From contig CBDUQR010000021.1 of assembly GCA_965369655.1 (NCBI GenBank), forward strand, positions 1-46,754: a DNA stretch of 46,754 nt, given 5' to 3'. A program made the position numbers and the translations under genes. Origin of the DNA: an uncultured bacterium (lineage in GTDB: Bacteria > Zixibacteria > MSB-5A5 > JAABVY01 > JAHJOQ01). Under the pieces are notes generated by a model. That model was not told where the DNA came from. It made no database searches and saw only the letters and a list, made by a program, of their open reading frames with translations. Below are positions 36,297 to 44,834 of this stretch, piece after piece (the first letter of the stretch is position 1; the number at the start of each line of letters is the position of its first letter).

Positions 36297-38366
36297 ATGA
36301 AGAGACTTAATTTGCTTCTCTGGTTTGCTCTTGCCGGGATAATCTTGTCCACTGTTATCTATGAAAATGCCAGCGCTACTCTGGCTACCCATGATGAAAT
36401 GGAACAGGTGTGCCGAAACTGGCTGACCTATACTGTAAATGAAACTGGAGACTGGGCGGGAAGCAAGGCTCCCGAGATTATCGAGAGTCTTGAAATCCAG
36501 CACAATGGGCAGTTCCTCGCAATAGCATATCAGATTGACCCTGATGGTTTCGTCGTGGTGCCGATTCTCAAGGAGATGCCTCCGATCAAAGCGTTCTCAG
36601 AGAACGGACGTTTGGTTCAGGATGACCAGTTTGGCACTTGTGCTCTGATTCGTGATGTTCTCGTGAACAGAACGAAGAGATTTGCTGAACTTTATGGCGA
36701 CTTGAGCGCAAAACAGTCAGTCGATGCTCCCATGTTTGATGACCGCAATCGCCAGGCCTGGAATAATCTTCTGAGTTCCGCCATGTTACCAACACGCGAA
36801 CAAGTTGGACCATTGATCACTACGACATGGCGTCAGGTAGCCCCATACAACAACTACTGCCCATGGGGAGACGGTAACCGTTCGGTTGCCTGGTGTGTGG
36901 CTATTGCACTTGCCCAGATAATCCACTACCATGAGTGGCCCCCAGCCGGTTTTGGACATACTGACTATCTGTGGAATGGTGATCAATCCTGCGGTGGAAA
37001 CAGCCCCGGACTGTTGCTGCAAGCGAACTTCTCAGATCAGTTGGGTTACACCGATAGCGATCATGATGTCGCAGAGCTATGTGTGGAAGTCGGCAAGGCT
37101 TATCATGTTGACTATGGAGTCTGTTACTCAATCGGCGACTCAGCGCCGACATATAGTCTTTTGCCTGACTACTTCGCTTATCAGGACTCGGTGAGGGATA
37201 ACTTCCGAAGTGATCACACGGCCGACAGTTGGTTTGCGATAATCCAGGACGAGCTGAACAACAACAGACCGATTGACTATCTGATATTTAACCACATGAT
37301 CGCCTGCGATGGCTGGATGACTGTCGGCGAGCAGAAATACTATCACATGAACTACGGTTGGGGTGGCAGTAGCACTACATGGTATGCGCTCGATCTGCTT
37401 TACTGTGGCTGGGCCGGATGTGATCCGATGCTGGAACATATGTACACACACATCCAGCCGGACCGACAGATCATGTTCTATGCTGATACTATTGCAGGAG
37501 ATTCTCCGTTGTCACTGCAGTTCACAGGTACCTCAAGTGAGAGCGTGACCTCCTGGTTGTGGACGTTCGGAGATGGTGACAGTTCGTCGCAGCAGAATCC
37601 TGAGCATACATATAATGATCCCGGCATTTATGATGTCTCTTTGCTGATAGAATTCGATGGTACAGAGCGTACACGGACACGCTCGGATTATATCTATGTA
37701 TTGGCTGATAGTGTGCATTCTGTCGCATCTGAGTTGGAGCCGGGTTCCCAGTTCACAGTTGATGTTATTGCTTCCAATCTTATGCCATTGGCCCGTATTA
37801 CACTTCCTCTCTCCTACGCGGGGGATTTGGAGCTTGTTTTCGATTCCTGCTCTGTGCAGGATTGCCGAACAGAGCATTTTCAGAGTATTGCTGAAGTTGA
37901 CCCTGAACCTGAAAACAAGCGGGTGATTCTCGATATGCACGCCTGGAACTCCGGCTATTCAGAACAGCCTTTTCTTGATGCCGGTTATGGTTCAATTGGC
38001 AGACTTCATTTCACGGTAGCTCCGGATGCTCTTCCCGGCCAGCAAGCAGTTATCAGCTTCGGCGGGTATGACAGCAATCAGCTGACCTTCTACGGTTCGA
38101 TCTACGGCTTCGATCATGCATATCAACCCTCAGCAGTCGATCTCGCCATTGGGATCGAGATAACTCCCGGCGACGCCGATGGAAGCGGACTTGTCGATAT
38201 CGATGACGCTGTCTATTTGATCAATTACATATTCGGTGGTGGTCTTGCACCGGAACCGCTTTGCGCAGGCGATGCCGATGGGAGCAGTTCGATTGACATC
38301 GATGATGTTGTCTATCTGATCCAGTATATTTTCGCCGGTGGCCCTACACCTGTTGACATTTGCTGA
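36297..38366 (+). CDS. Secreted C10 (streptopain-like) cysteine peptidase with prodomain, PKD, cohesin-like and dockerin domains
   Basis: Signal peptide from ATG 36297; W.Q..PYN..CP; CVAIALAQI; H...DG; HMNYGWGG; PKD WTFGDG...NPEH.Y..PG.Y; duplicated GDADGS..DIDD.VYLI.YIF.GG. Confidence 0.88.
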   Translation: MKRLNLLLWFALAGIILSTVIYENASATLATHDEMEQVCRNWLTYTVNETGDWAGSKAPEIIESLEIQHNGQFLAIAYQIDPDGFVVVPILKEMPPIKAFSENGRLVQDDQFGTCALIRDVLVNRTKRFAELYGDLSAKQSVDAPMFDDRNRQAWNNLLSSAMLPTREQVGPLITTTWRQVAPYNNYCPWGDGNRSVAWCVAIALAQIIHYHEWPPAGFGHTDYLWNGDQSCGGNSPGLLLQANFSDQLGYTDSDHDVAELCVEVGKAYHVDYGVCYSIGDSAPTYSLLPDYFAYQDSVRDNFRSDHTADSWFAIIQDELNNNRPIDYLIFNHMIACDGWMTVGEQKYYHMNYGWGGSSTTWYALDLLYCGWAGCDPMLEHMYTHIQPDRQIMFYADTIAGDSPLSLQFTGTSSESVTSWLWTFGDGDSSSQQNPEHTYNDPGIYDVSLLIEFDGTERTRTRSDYIYVLADSVHSVASELEPGSQFTVDVIASNLMPLARITLPLSYAGDLELVFDSCSVQDCRTEHFQSIAEVDPEPENKRVILDMHAWNSGYSEQPFLDAGYGSIGRLHFTVAPDALPGQQAVISFGGYDSNQLTFYGSIYGFDHAYQPSAVDLAIGIEITPGDADGSGLVDIDDAVYLINYIFGGGLAPEPLCAGDADGSSSIDIDDVVYLIQYIFAGGPTPVDIC

Positions 38367-38428
38367 TTTGACAAACGCGAATGGGCACCAGCCAGCTGAC
38401 TTATGAATATGTCAAGATCGCAGAGTGC

Positions 38429-40555
38429 CTATCTCATCGACAACCCAATCCTCTTCCTCTCCAGATCGATTTCGAGGACTTTGACGGTGACATGCTGGTT
38501 GACTTTGACAATCGTGGTGGGGTCTTTGACGAAGCTGTCGGTGAGTTCGGAGATATGCACGAGGCCATCCTGATGCACGCCGATGTCGACGAACGCGCCG
38601 AAATGCGTGACATTCGTCACGATGCCGGGCAGCTTCATGCCGACCTTGAGATCACCGATAGCGTTCACACGTTCGTCGAACTTGAATGACTTGTATGCGC
38701 TGCGCGGATCACGACCCGGTCGCGAAAGCTCATCTATGATATCACGAAGTGTAGGGAGTCCAATCATGTCCGTGACATATCTCTCCGGATCAATCCTCTC
38801 GCGCAGCGATTCATCCTCCATCAGATCGACAACTCTGCATCCGAGGTCCTTCGCCATCTGCTCGACAATGTGATAGCTCTCCGGATGTATCCCCGTGTTA
38901 TCGAGCGGATTTTTCGCATCGGCAATGCGCAGAAAACCGGCCGCCTGCTCGAATGCTTTCGGTCCGAGTCGAGGGACTTTCTTCAATGACTGCCGCGATT
39001 TGAACGGACCCTGTTCGTTGCGATACTCGATAACATTCGCGGCGAGCTTCGGGCCAAGCCCGGATATGTATGCCAGAAGCTGTTTGCTTGCCGTGTTGAT
39101 ATCGACGCCGATCAGATTCACACAACTGATGACCGTGTCATCGAGGCATTGTTTCAGCGCCGACTGATCGACATCGTGCTGATACTGTCCGACTCCGATA
39201 GACTTCGGCTCGATCTTGACAAGTTCGGCGAGTGGGTCCATCAACCGCCTGCCGATGGAGACAGCGCCACGCACGGTAATATCGTGATCCGGGAATTCCT
39301 CGCGCGCGACGGCGGACGCCGAATAGACCGACGCGCCGGCCTCGTTGACCATTTCGATAGAGATATGATCCGGCAGCCCGATCTCGCGCATGAATTGCTC
39401 GGTCTCGCGGCCCGCCGTGCCGTTGCCGATTGCGATGACATTTATCTTGTGCTGTTCACATAATGTCTCGATCTCGACAGCGGAATCGCTGCGTTGTTTG
39501 TCTGAACCATGCGGGAAAATCGTTGTATGCTCCTGAAGTCTTCCCTCCTTGTCGAGGCAGACAACCTTGCAGCCGGTGCGAAAGCCGGGATCGATCGCGA
39601 GAATATTCCTGCGTCCGAGCGGCGGCGCGAGAAGCAACTCGCGAACGTTCTCCGCGAATACGCTTATCGCATCAAGATCGGCAGTGTCTTTCAATTCATT
39701 TCTGATCTCGGTTTCCATCGATGGCGCAAGCAGCCGCTTGTAGCCGTCTTTGATCGCGAGCCGCACATGATCGGCAGCCTGATTGTCGCCTGCCACGAAC
39801 ATTCCCGCAAGGATTGACAGCGCATCCTCTTCGGGCGGCGCGATATTCAATCTCAGAAACGATTCCGCCTCGCCTCTGCGCATCGCCAGGTACCTGTGTG
39901 AGGGGATGCCCCTGATCGGTTCGCTCCAGTCGAAATAGCCGGAGTATTTCGCACCATCGGATTCCTTGTCCTTCGCGACAGACGAAGTGACGATAGCTTT
40001 CTCACGGAACAACCTGCGCATGCGAGATCGCGCATCGGAATCTTCTGATATCCATTCCGCGATAATATCTCGCGCACCCGCGATGGCGTCATCCAATGAC
40101 TCGACTTCTTTCTCGGGATCGACATACTCCTCGGCTTCGGACGCAACATCAATGTCATCCTGGGTGAAGATCAACTCAGCGAGCGGTTCGAGGCCTTTCT
40201 CTCGTGCAATCGTCGCGCGAGTACGTCGCTTCGGTTTGTACGGAAGATAGATGTCCTCCAGTGCAGCCATTGTCTCAGCCGATTCGATGCTGCGTTTGAG
40301 ATCGTCAGTCAGAAGATCACGCTCTTCAAGTGATTTCAGAATCGACTCTCTTCGCTTATCGAGGTCGCGGAGTTGTATGACTCGATCCCTTATTTGCGTG
40401 ATCTGGACTTCATCGAGGTTACCGGTCGCCTCCTTGCGATACCGCGCGATAAACGGAACGGTGGCGTCGTCATCGAGCAGTCCAATAGTCGCTATCACCT
40501 GCTCTACCGATAGCTTGAGTTCATGTGCTATTGTTGTTGCATGTCTGTCGCTCAT
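38429..40555 (-). CDS. tex: Tex family RNA-binding transcriptional accessory protein
   Basis: TVPFIARYRKE, IDPGFRTGCK, IGNGTA.RET, SIGVGQYQHD, HhH motif, C-terminal S1 domain; start moved to 40555. Confidence 0.95.
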   Translation of the reverse strand: MSDRHATTIAHELKLSVEQVIATIGLLDDDATVPFIARYRKEATGNLDEVQITQIRDRVIQLRDLDKRRESILKSLEERDLLTDDLKRSIESAETMAALEDIYLPYKPKRRTRATIAREKGLEPLAELIFTQDDIDVASEAEEYVDPEKEVESLDDAIAGARDIIAEWISEDSDARSRMRRLFREKAIVTSSVAKDKESDGAKYSGYFDWSEPIRGIPSHRYLAMRRGEAESFLRLNIAPPEEDALSILAGMFVAGDNQAADHVRLAIKDGYKRLLAPSMETEIRNELKDTADLDAISVFAENVRELLLAPPLGRRNILAIDPGFRTGCKVVCLDKEGRLQEHTTIFPHGSDKQRSDSAVEIETLCEQHKINVIAIGNGTAGRETEQFMREIGLPDHISIEMVNEAGASVYSASAVAREEFPDHDITVRGAVSIGRRLMDPLAELVKIEPKSIGVGQYQHDVDQSALKQCLDDTVISCVNLIGVDINTASKQLLAYISGLGPKLAANVIEYRNEQGPFKSRQSLKKVPRLGPKAFEQAAGFLRIADAKNPLDNTGIHPESYHIVEQMAKDLGCRVVDLMEDESLRERIDPERYVTDMIGLPTLRDIIDELSRPGRDPRSAYKSFKFDERVNAIGDLKVGMKLPGIVTNVTHFGAFVDIGVHQDGLVHISELTDSFVKDPTTIVKVNQHVTVKVLEIDLERKRIGLSMR

Positions 40556-40611
40556 AGTGCATGAAGATATACACTGTGAGACAAAAAGAGAATCACAAAC
40601 ATCAGACCACC

Positions 40612-40639
40612 TTGACAATTACCATCTTTAAGGTATATT
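40612..40639 (+). promoter_or_regulatory. sigma70-type promoter
   Basis: TTGACA-16 nt-TATATT upstream of the SBBP gene. Confidence 0.65.
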
Positions 40640-40717
40640 GGATTTAATACTACATATATGGTTCAGTTGAACGAGATGAGACGTACGAGAACAATCAACT
40701 CGCGAGGCAGGTGCAAA

Positions 40718-43135
40718 ATGAGAAATGCTCTAACGCTTCTTGTGATGCTGGTATGTGCTATCCCGTGCATGGCCGGGCAGATTCAGAGACCAGTTGTCCA
40801 GCAGATGGATTTGATACCTTTGGCGTTTACTGAGAATCACGGCCAGTGGGATGATCGAGTGCAATTCAAAGCCAACGCTGGCGGAGCTACTATGTGGTTC
40901 ACAACTGATGGCATCTACTACCAGTTCACACGACGAATTTCCGTAGCTCCTGACGATCCCCGTGGGCGGCAGACCTCCCCGTCTGCCCCATCCGACAGCA
41001 TCGAACAGCTCGTAATCAAAGCATCATTCATCGGCGCCAATCCGAATCCGGAGATTGTCGGTAATGACGTGATGGAGTACAAATGCAACTACTTCATCGG
41101 GAATGACCCTGACGAATGGCACACTGATGTTCCCAATTACAAAGCAATCGTCTTCAATGACGTTTATGCCGGTATTGATTTGAAATACTACGGCAATGGC
41201 AAGCAGATGGAGTATGATTTCATAGTATCGCCGGGTGCTGATCCGAATCAGATCATGGTGCAATACGATGGAGCGAAATCTATCAGTGTAAACGACAATG
41301 GCGAGTTGGTTGTCGAGACTGAGTGGGGGAATGTAACCGAGTTGCGACCGCTGATATACCAATTTGATGCTAACGGTTGCATGCCGATCCAAGGTCAGTA
41401 TGTTCTTTTCACAGACAACACATTCGGTTTCGATCTTGGCGACAGGTATGACCCGACACTTGCGCTTGTGATCGATCCGGTACTCAGTTACAGCACATAC
41501 CTGGGGGGGAACGGCAACGACGAAGGCTGGGGCATCGCTGTTGACGGTTCAGGGTCGGCGTATGTGACGGGACTCACATATTCCACCGATTTTCCAACCG
41601 TTGATCCGTATCAAACAGATGAGGGGTCTTGGGATGTTTATATTACGAAGCTTTCCAGTTCCGGAAACAGCGTTGCATACAGCACCTATCTGGGAGGAGG
41701 CGGGGTAGACAAAGGCTATGGCATTGTGGTAGATGCTTCCGGAGCAGTGTATGTTACTGGAGAGACATCCTCCACCGATTTCCCGACTGCTAATCCGTAC
41801 CAGACAGATATGGGTGAAAATTATCAAGATGTTTTTGTCACCAAGCTATCGAGCTCCGGCAACAGCCTTGTCTACAGCACTTATCTGGGAGGGGACGGCG
41901 AAGAAAAGGGCTATGCTATCGCGGCGGACAGTTCCGGAGCGGTCTATGTAACGGGATGGACAGGTTCCAGCGATTTCCCCACGCTCAATCCGTACCAGAC
42001 ATATGATGGGAACGATGACGTTTTCATCACCAAGCTCTCCAGTTCAGGCAACAGTCTTGTTTACAGCACCTATCTGGGGGGGAGCAGCATCTACGAAGTG
42101 GCCTATGGTATAGCTGTGGATGGCTCCGGTGCGGCGTATGTGGCGGGATATACGCAGTCCACCGATTTTCCGACCCTCAATGCGTACCAAGGGACATATC
42201 AGGGTGGGTACCTTGACGTTTTTGTCACCAAGCTCTCAAGCTCCGGCAGCAGCCTTGTCTACAGCACCTATCTGGGTGGCAGCGACAATGACTATGGCTA
42301 TGACCTCGCTGTGGACGGCTCCGGAGCGGTGTATGTGACGGGAAGTACAGTGTCCGACGATTTCCCGACCCTTAATCCGTACCAGACATATCAGGGTGGG
42401 GATGCTTTTGTCACAAAGCTAACAAGTTCAGGTAGCAGCCTTGTCTACAGCACATATCTGGGCGGAGGCTACTGGGACGAAGGCTGGGGCATCGCGGTGG
42501 ACGGCTCCGGGGCGGCGTATGTGACGGGATATACAGGTTCCACCGATTTCCCGATCCTCAATCCGTACCAGGGGACATTTCAGGGTGGGGAATATGACGC
42601 TTTTGTCACCCGGCTTTCCAGTTCCGGCAACAGCCTCGACTACAGTACCTATCTCGGAGGAAGTGGCAAGGACCAAGCTCATGGCATCGCATTGGACGGC
42701 TCTGGAGGAGTATACATAGTGGGAATGACTGAGTCCAGCAATTTCCCGACTCTCGATCAATACCAGATAGATCAGGGATATCAGGATGCCTTTGTCACCA
42801 AGATCGGTGATTTCGATGTCGCTGCCGATGAAGTGGCATCTGACGGTATCGTGCCGAACGGCTTTTCGTTATATCAGAACTATCCGAACCCGTTCAATCC
42901 TTCGACGACTATTGAATTCTATCTGGACAGGGCTTCCGATGTCGAACTCCACATATTCAATACTCTCGGTCAGGAAGTCAGGACGATTGATCTTGGTCGT
43001 CTGAGCAATGGTACTCACAGCACAACATGGGATGGCAGAGACAATTCCGGGCAACGACTGTCATCAGGAATGTACTTCTATCGCATCAAAGCAGGTACAT
43101 TAATTGAGACGAAGAAGATGATAATGCTGAAGTGA
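40718..43135 (+). CDS. Secreted SBBP-repeat (7-bladed beta-propeller) protein with T9SS-type/FlgD-Ig C-terminal domain
   Basis: Signal peptide MRNALTLL; FTENHGQW N-domain; seven YSTYLGG repeats; QNYPNPFNP...WDGRD..G..LSSGMYFY...KKMIMLK. Confidence 0.9.
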   Translation: MRNALTLLVMLVCAIPCMAGQIQRPVVQQMDLIPLAFTENHGQWDDRVQFKANAGGATMWFTTDGIYYQFTRRISVAPDDPRGRQTSPSAPSDSIEQLVIKASFIGANPNPEIVGNDVMEYKCNYFIGNDPDEWHTDVPNYKAIVFNDVYAGIDLKYYGNGKQMEYDFIVSPGADPNQIMVQYDGAKSISVNDNGELVVETEWGNVTELRPLIYQFDANGCMPIQGQYVLFTDNTFGFDLGDRYDPTLALVIDPVLSYSTYLGGNGNDEGWGIAVDGSGSAYVTGLTYSTDFPTVDPYQTDEGSWDVYITKLSSSGNSVAYSTYLGGGGVDKGYGIVVDASGAVYVTGETSSTDFPTANPYQTDMGENYQDVFVTKLSSSGNSLVYSTYLGGDGEEKGYAIAADSSGAVYVTGWTGSSDFPTLNPYQTYDGNDDVFITKLSSSGNSLVYSTYLGGSSIYEVAYGIAVDGSGAAYVAGYTQSTDFPTLNAYQGTYQGGYLDVFVTKLSSSGSSLVYSTYLGGSDNDYGYDLAVDGSGAVYVTGSTVSDDFPTLNPYQTYQGGDAFVTKLTSSGSSLVYSTYLGGGYWDEGWGIAVDGSGAAYVTGYTGSTDFPILNPYQGTFQGGEYDAFVTRLSSSGNSLDYSTYLGGSGKDQAHGIALDGSGGVYIVGMTESSNFPTLDQYQIDQGYQDAFVTKIGDFDVAADEVASDGIVPNGFSLYQNYPNPFNPSTTIEFYLDRASDVELHIFNTLGQEVRTIDLGRLSNGTHSTTWDGRDNSGQRLSSGMYFYRIKAGTLIETKKMIMLK
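41489..42803 (+). repeat. Seven intragenic SBBP repeats of about 60-65 aa
   Basis: Seven YSTYLGG...IAVD.SG..YVTG.T.S.DFP...PYQ...D.FVTK units. Confidence 0.9.
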
Positions 43136-43147
43136 TAACATGGCTAC

Positions 43148-43198
43148 GTGGGCGGCAGATGTCCTCGCAAGTCCTGAGCCTCGAAGAGTCTGCCCCAT
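43148..43198 (+). repeat. GTGG-type REP with one inserted TCCTGAGCCTCGAAG module
   Basis: GTGGGCGGCAGATGTCCTCG-CAAGTCCTGAGCCTCGAAGA-GTCTGCCCCAT. Confidence 0.8.
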
Positions 43199-43260
43199 CG
43201 CGAAGAGCAATTGAACGGGCAGACCGTGAGATCTGCCGCGCACAATTATAGAGAACAAAC

Positions 43261-43485
43261 ATGAGATATGTTGATTTCAGAGATAATATCCGAGATGAGC
43301 TTCGTCGAAATCCCGGCGGCCTGACATGGCCGGAACTGAGGGATCGGCTTGATCTACCGTACAAAAGCCCATGCTCGGAGTGGGTGCAGCGTCTGGAAGA
43401 AGAGATCGGCCTGTCGAGGATCAAAGGCTCTGGCCGCGCTTATATCTGGAAGCTCGCAGGAAAGAAGCGGAAAGAGAGACCGTAG
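43261..43485 (+). CDS. Small basic protein, possible winged-helix DNA-binding domain
   Basis: 74 aa; GLTWPELRDRL...WVQRLEEEIGLSR.KG.G.AYIWK resembles a wHTH; GAGA SD-like sequence. Confidence 0.6.
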   Translation: MRYVDFRDNIRDELRRNPGGLTWPELRDRLDLPYKSPCSEWVQRLEEEIGLSRIKGSGRAYIWKLAGKKRKERP

Positions 43486-43492
43486 CAGTCCC

Positions 43493-43558
43493 GTAGGTCA
43501 TGCCCGCTTGGGGCATGACATTCCGGTAATCCTCACGTCCCAAGTGGACGTGAGCTAC
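43493..43558. repeat. GTAG-type REP doublet (REPIN-like)
   Basis: GTAG-GTCATGCCC-GCTTG-GGGCATGAC (plus strand) and GTAG-CTCACGTCC-ACTTG-GGACGTGAG (minus strand), in inverted orientation. Confidence 0.8.
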
Positions 43559-43585
43559 AAGACTGCCGCATTCCAGCAATTGTGA

Positions 43586-43620
43586 ACTCAATGGGGCAGA
43601 CGAGGACGTCTGCCGCCCAC
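43586..43620 (-). repeat. Uninterrupted GTGG-type REP
   Basis: Minus strand GTGGGCGGCAGACGTCCTCGTCTGCCCCATTGAGT. Confidence 0.8.
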
Positions 43621-43631
43621 AGCAAAACCTC

Positions 43632-44357
43632 CTATTTTAAAACCTTTCTTTCAATGCCTGAAATTTTATATGGACCATTTTCATCATCTCTTTCAAATGT
43701 AATATTAACCAAAATCTTTCCATTATCAAATGCGTAATAGTGAGTAACTGTTAAGGTGTAATCCCAAATCTGAGTAGTTTTTGGTTCACTCCTTTTATAT
43801 TCATTAAGAATAGGGAAAACACTATCAGCAAGCATTCCAAAAGAAATCTTCTTGCCATCAACTCGAATTGAACTCGTACTTTTAAACGAATTCTTTTCCT
43901 TTGTTTGTTTTTTTTCGGAAGGCCAATCAGCTAATTGCTCTTTTGCTATATTCACCCACTTATCATCCGAAGACGAATGTGCTGTTTGTATAAACCTTTT
44001 ATAACAAGCCTTAGCACTATCAAAGTCAGCAATTGAATAGTAATATGTGTGAGCCATATTATAGATTGAGAGGGCTGCCATATTGGATGTAGGATAATTC
44101 TTAGCTACCTTCCTATATTCACTAATAGCTCTCTCGTATTGATTCAAATTACCAAAAGCAGTCCCTATTAGAGATTGAGCATCGTCTGCTAAATTGCTTT
44201 TAGGATACTTTTTAATGAACTCACGTAAGAGTGAAATTGCTTTCTTAGGTTGGCCGTTATACCAAATATCATTTGCCGTATCATATTCAGACTGTTCACT
44301 TGCCCCAATTGTGGAGCAACTCATAAGTAAAACTAATATAATTATTATTATTTTCAT
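43632..44357 (-). CDS. Secreted TPR protein (BamD/CpoB-like TPRs) with an unknown C-terminal domain, AT-rich
   Basis: Signal or lipoprotein-like N-terminus; FIKKYPKSNLADDA and NYPTSN TPR motifs; G-rich SD. Confidence 0.8.
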   Translation of the reverse strand: MKIIIIILVLLMSCSTIGASEQSEYDTANDIWYNGQPKKAISLLREFIKKYPKSNLADDAQSLIGTAFGNLNQYERAISEYRKVAKNYPTSNMAALSIYNMAHTYYYSIADFDSAKACYKRFIQTAHSSSDDKWVNIAKEQLADWPSEKKQTKEKNSFKSTSSIRVDGKKISFGMLADSVFPILNEYKRSEPKTTQIWDYTLTVTHYYAFDNGKILVNITFERDDENGPYKISGIERKVLK

Positions 44358-44371
44358 AACCCCCCCAACTC

Positions 44372-44509
44372 TTATTTAATTGGCTTAAATTCAATGTAGC
44401 CTGCGTAATATGGTCCGTCAGCTTCAAATCTTTGGTATGTCATGTCAACATAGGAATTATTTATTATAAAATGATGCGTTACTTTTATACTGCCTTCAAT
44501 ATTTTTTAA
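44372..44509 (-). pseudogene. Start-less remnant paralogous to the C-terminal domain of the TPR protein
   Basis: Hand translation LKNIEGSIKVTHHFIINNSYVDMTYQRFEADGPYYAGYIEFKPIK* aligns with LTVTHYYAFDNGKILVNITFERDDENGPYKISGIERKVLK*. Confidence 0.65.
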
Positions 44510-44598
44510 CTAAAACGCAATATATGATAATAGGCTCTATTTTATGCGTTAGCAAGCAATAAAATCATGACTTATATGATTAGCCTGCGTAAGCTAAG

Positions 44599-44626
44599 TT
44601 GACAAATGAGTATATATTGCTATAAT
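44599..44626 (+). promoter_or_regulatory. Consensus sigma70 promoter with extended -10
   Basis: TTGACA-16 nt-TATAAT with TG at the extended -10 position. Confidence 0.7.
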
Positions 44627-44664
44627 TGTATATTATTAGGCAATGTTTGAATGGTGGGTGCACA

Positions 44665-44805
44665 ATGATGAAGGTTTTACTCGGAGTTGCGATAACCGTG
44701 ATAGTGCTAATAATGCTCTCACTGACTTGTATTGGGTGGCTTGCTAATTCATGGCAAAACACAGAAATTGATCAGTCGAGTAGGTCAAATCTCGGAGTTC
44801 GCTAA
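44665..44805 (+). CDS. Putative 46-aa single-pass membrane peptide (absent from the ORF track)
   Basis: MMKVLLGVAITVIVLIMLSLTCIGWLANSWQNTEIDQSSRSNLGVR*, behind the consensus promoter and a GGTGG SD-like sequence. Confidence 0.5.
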   Translation: MMKVLLGVAITVIVLIMLSLTCIGWLANSWQNTEIDQSSRSNLGVR

Positions 44806-44834
44806 GCGAATGGAGATACTTGATACTTCTTCAA

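Noticed and set aside
41489-42803. DNA repeats in the SBBP gene as a diversity-generating retroelement or array
   Set aside because: They are in-frame propeller-blade repeats; differences are not adenine-specific and no reverse transcriptase is present
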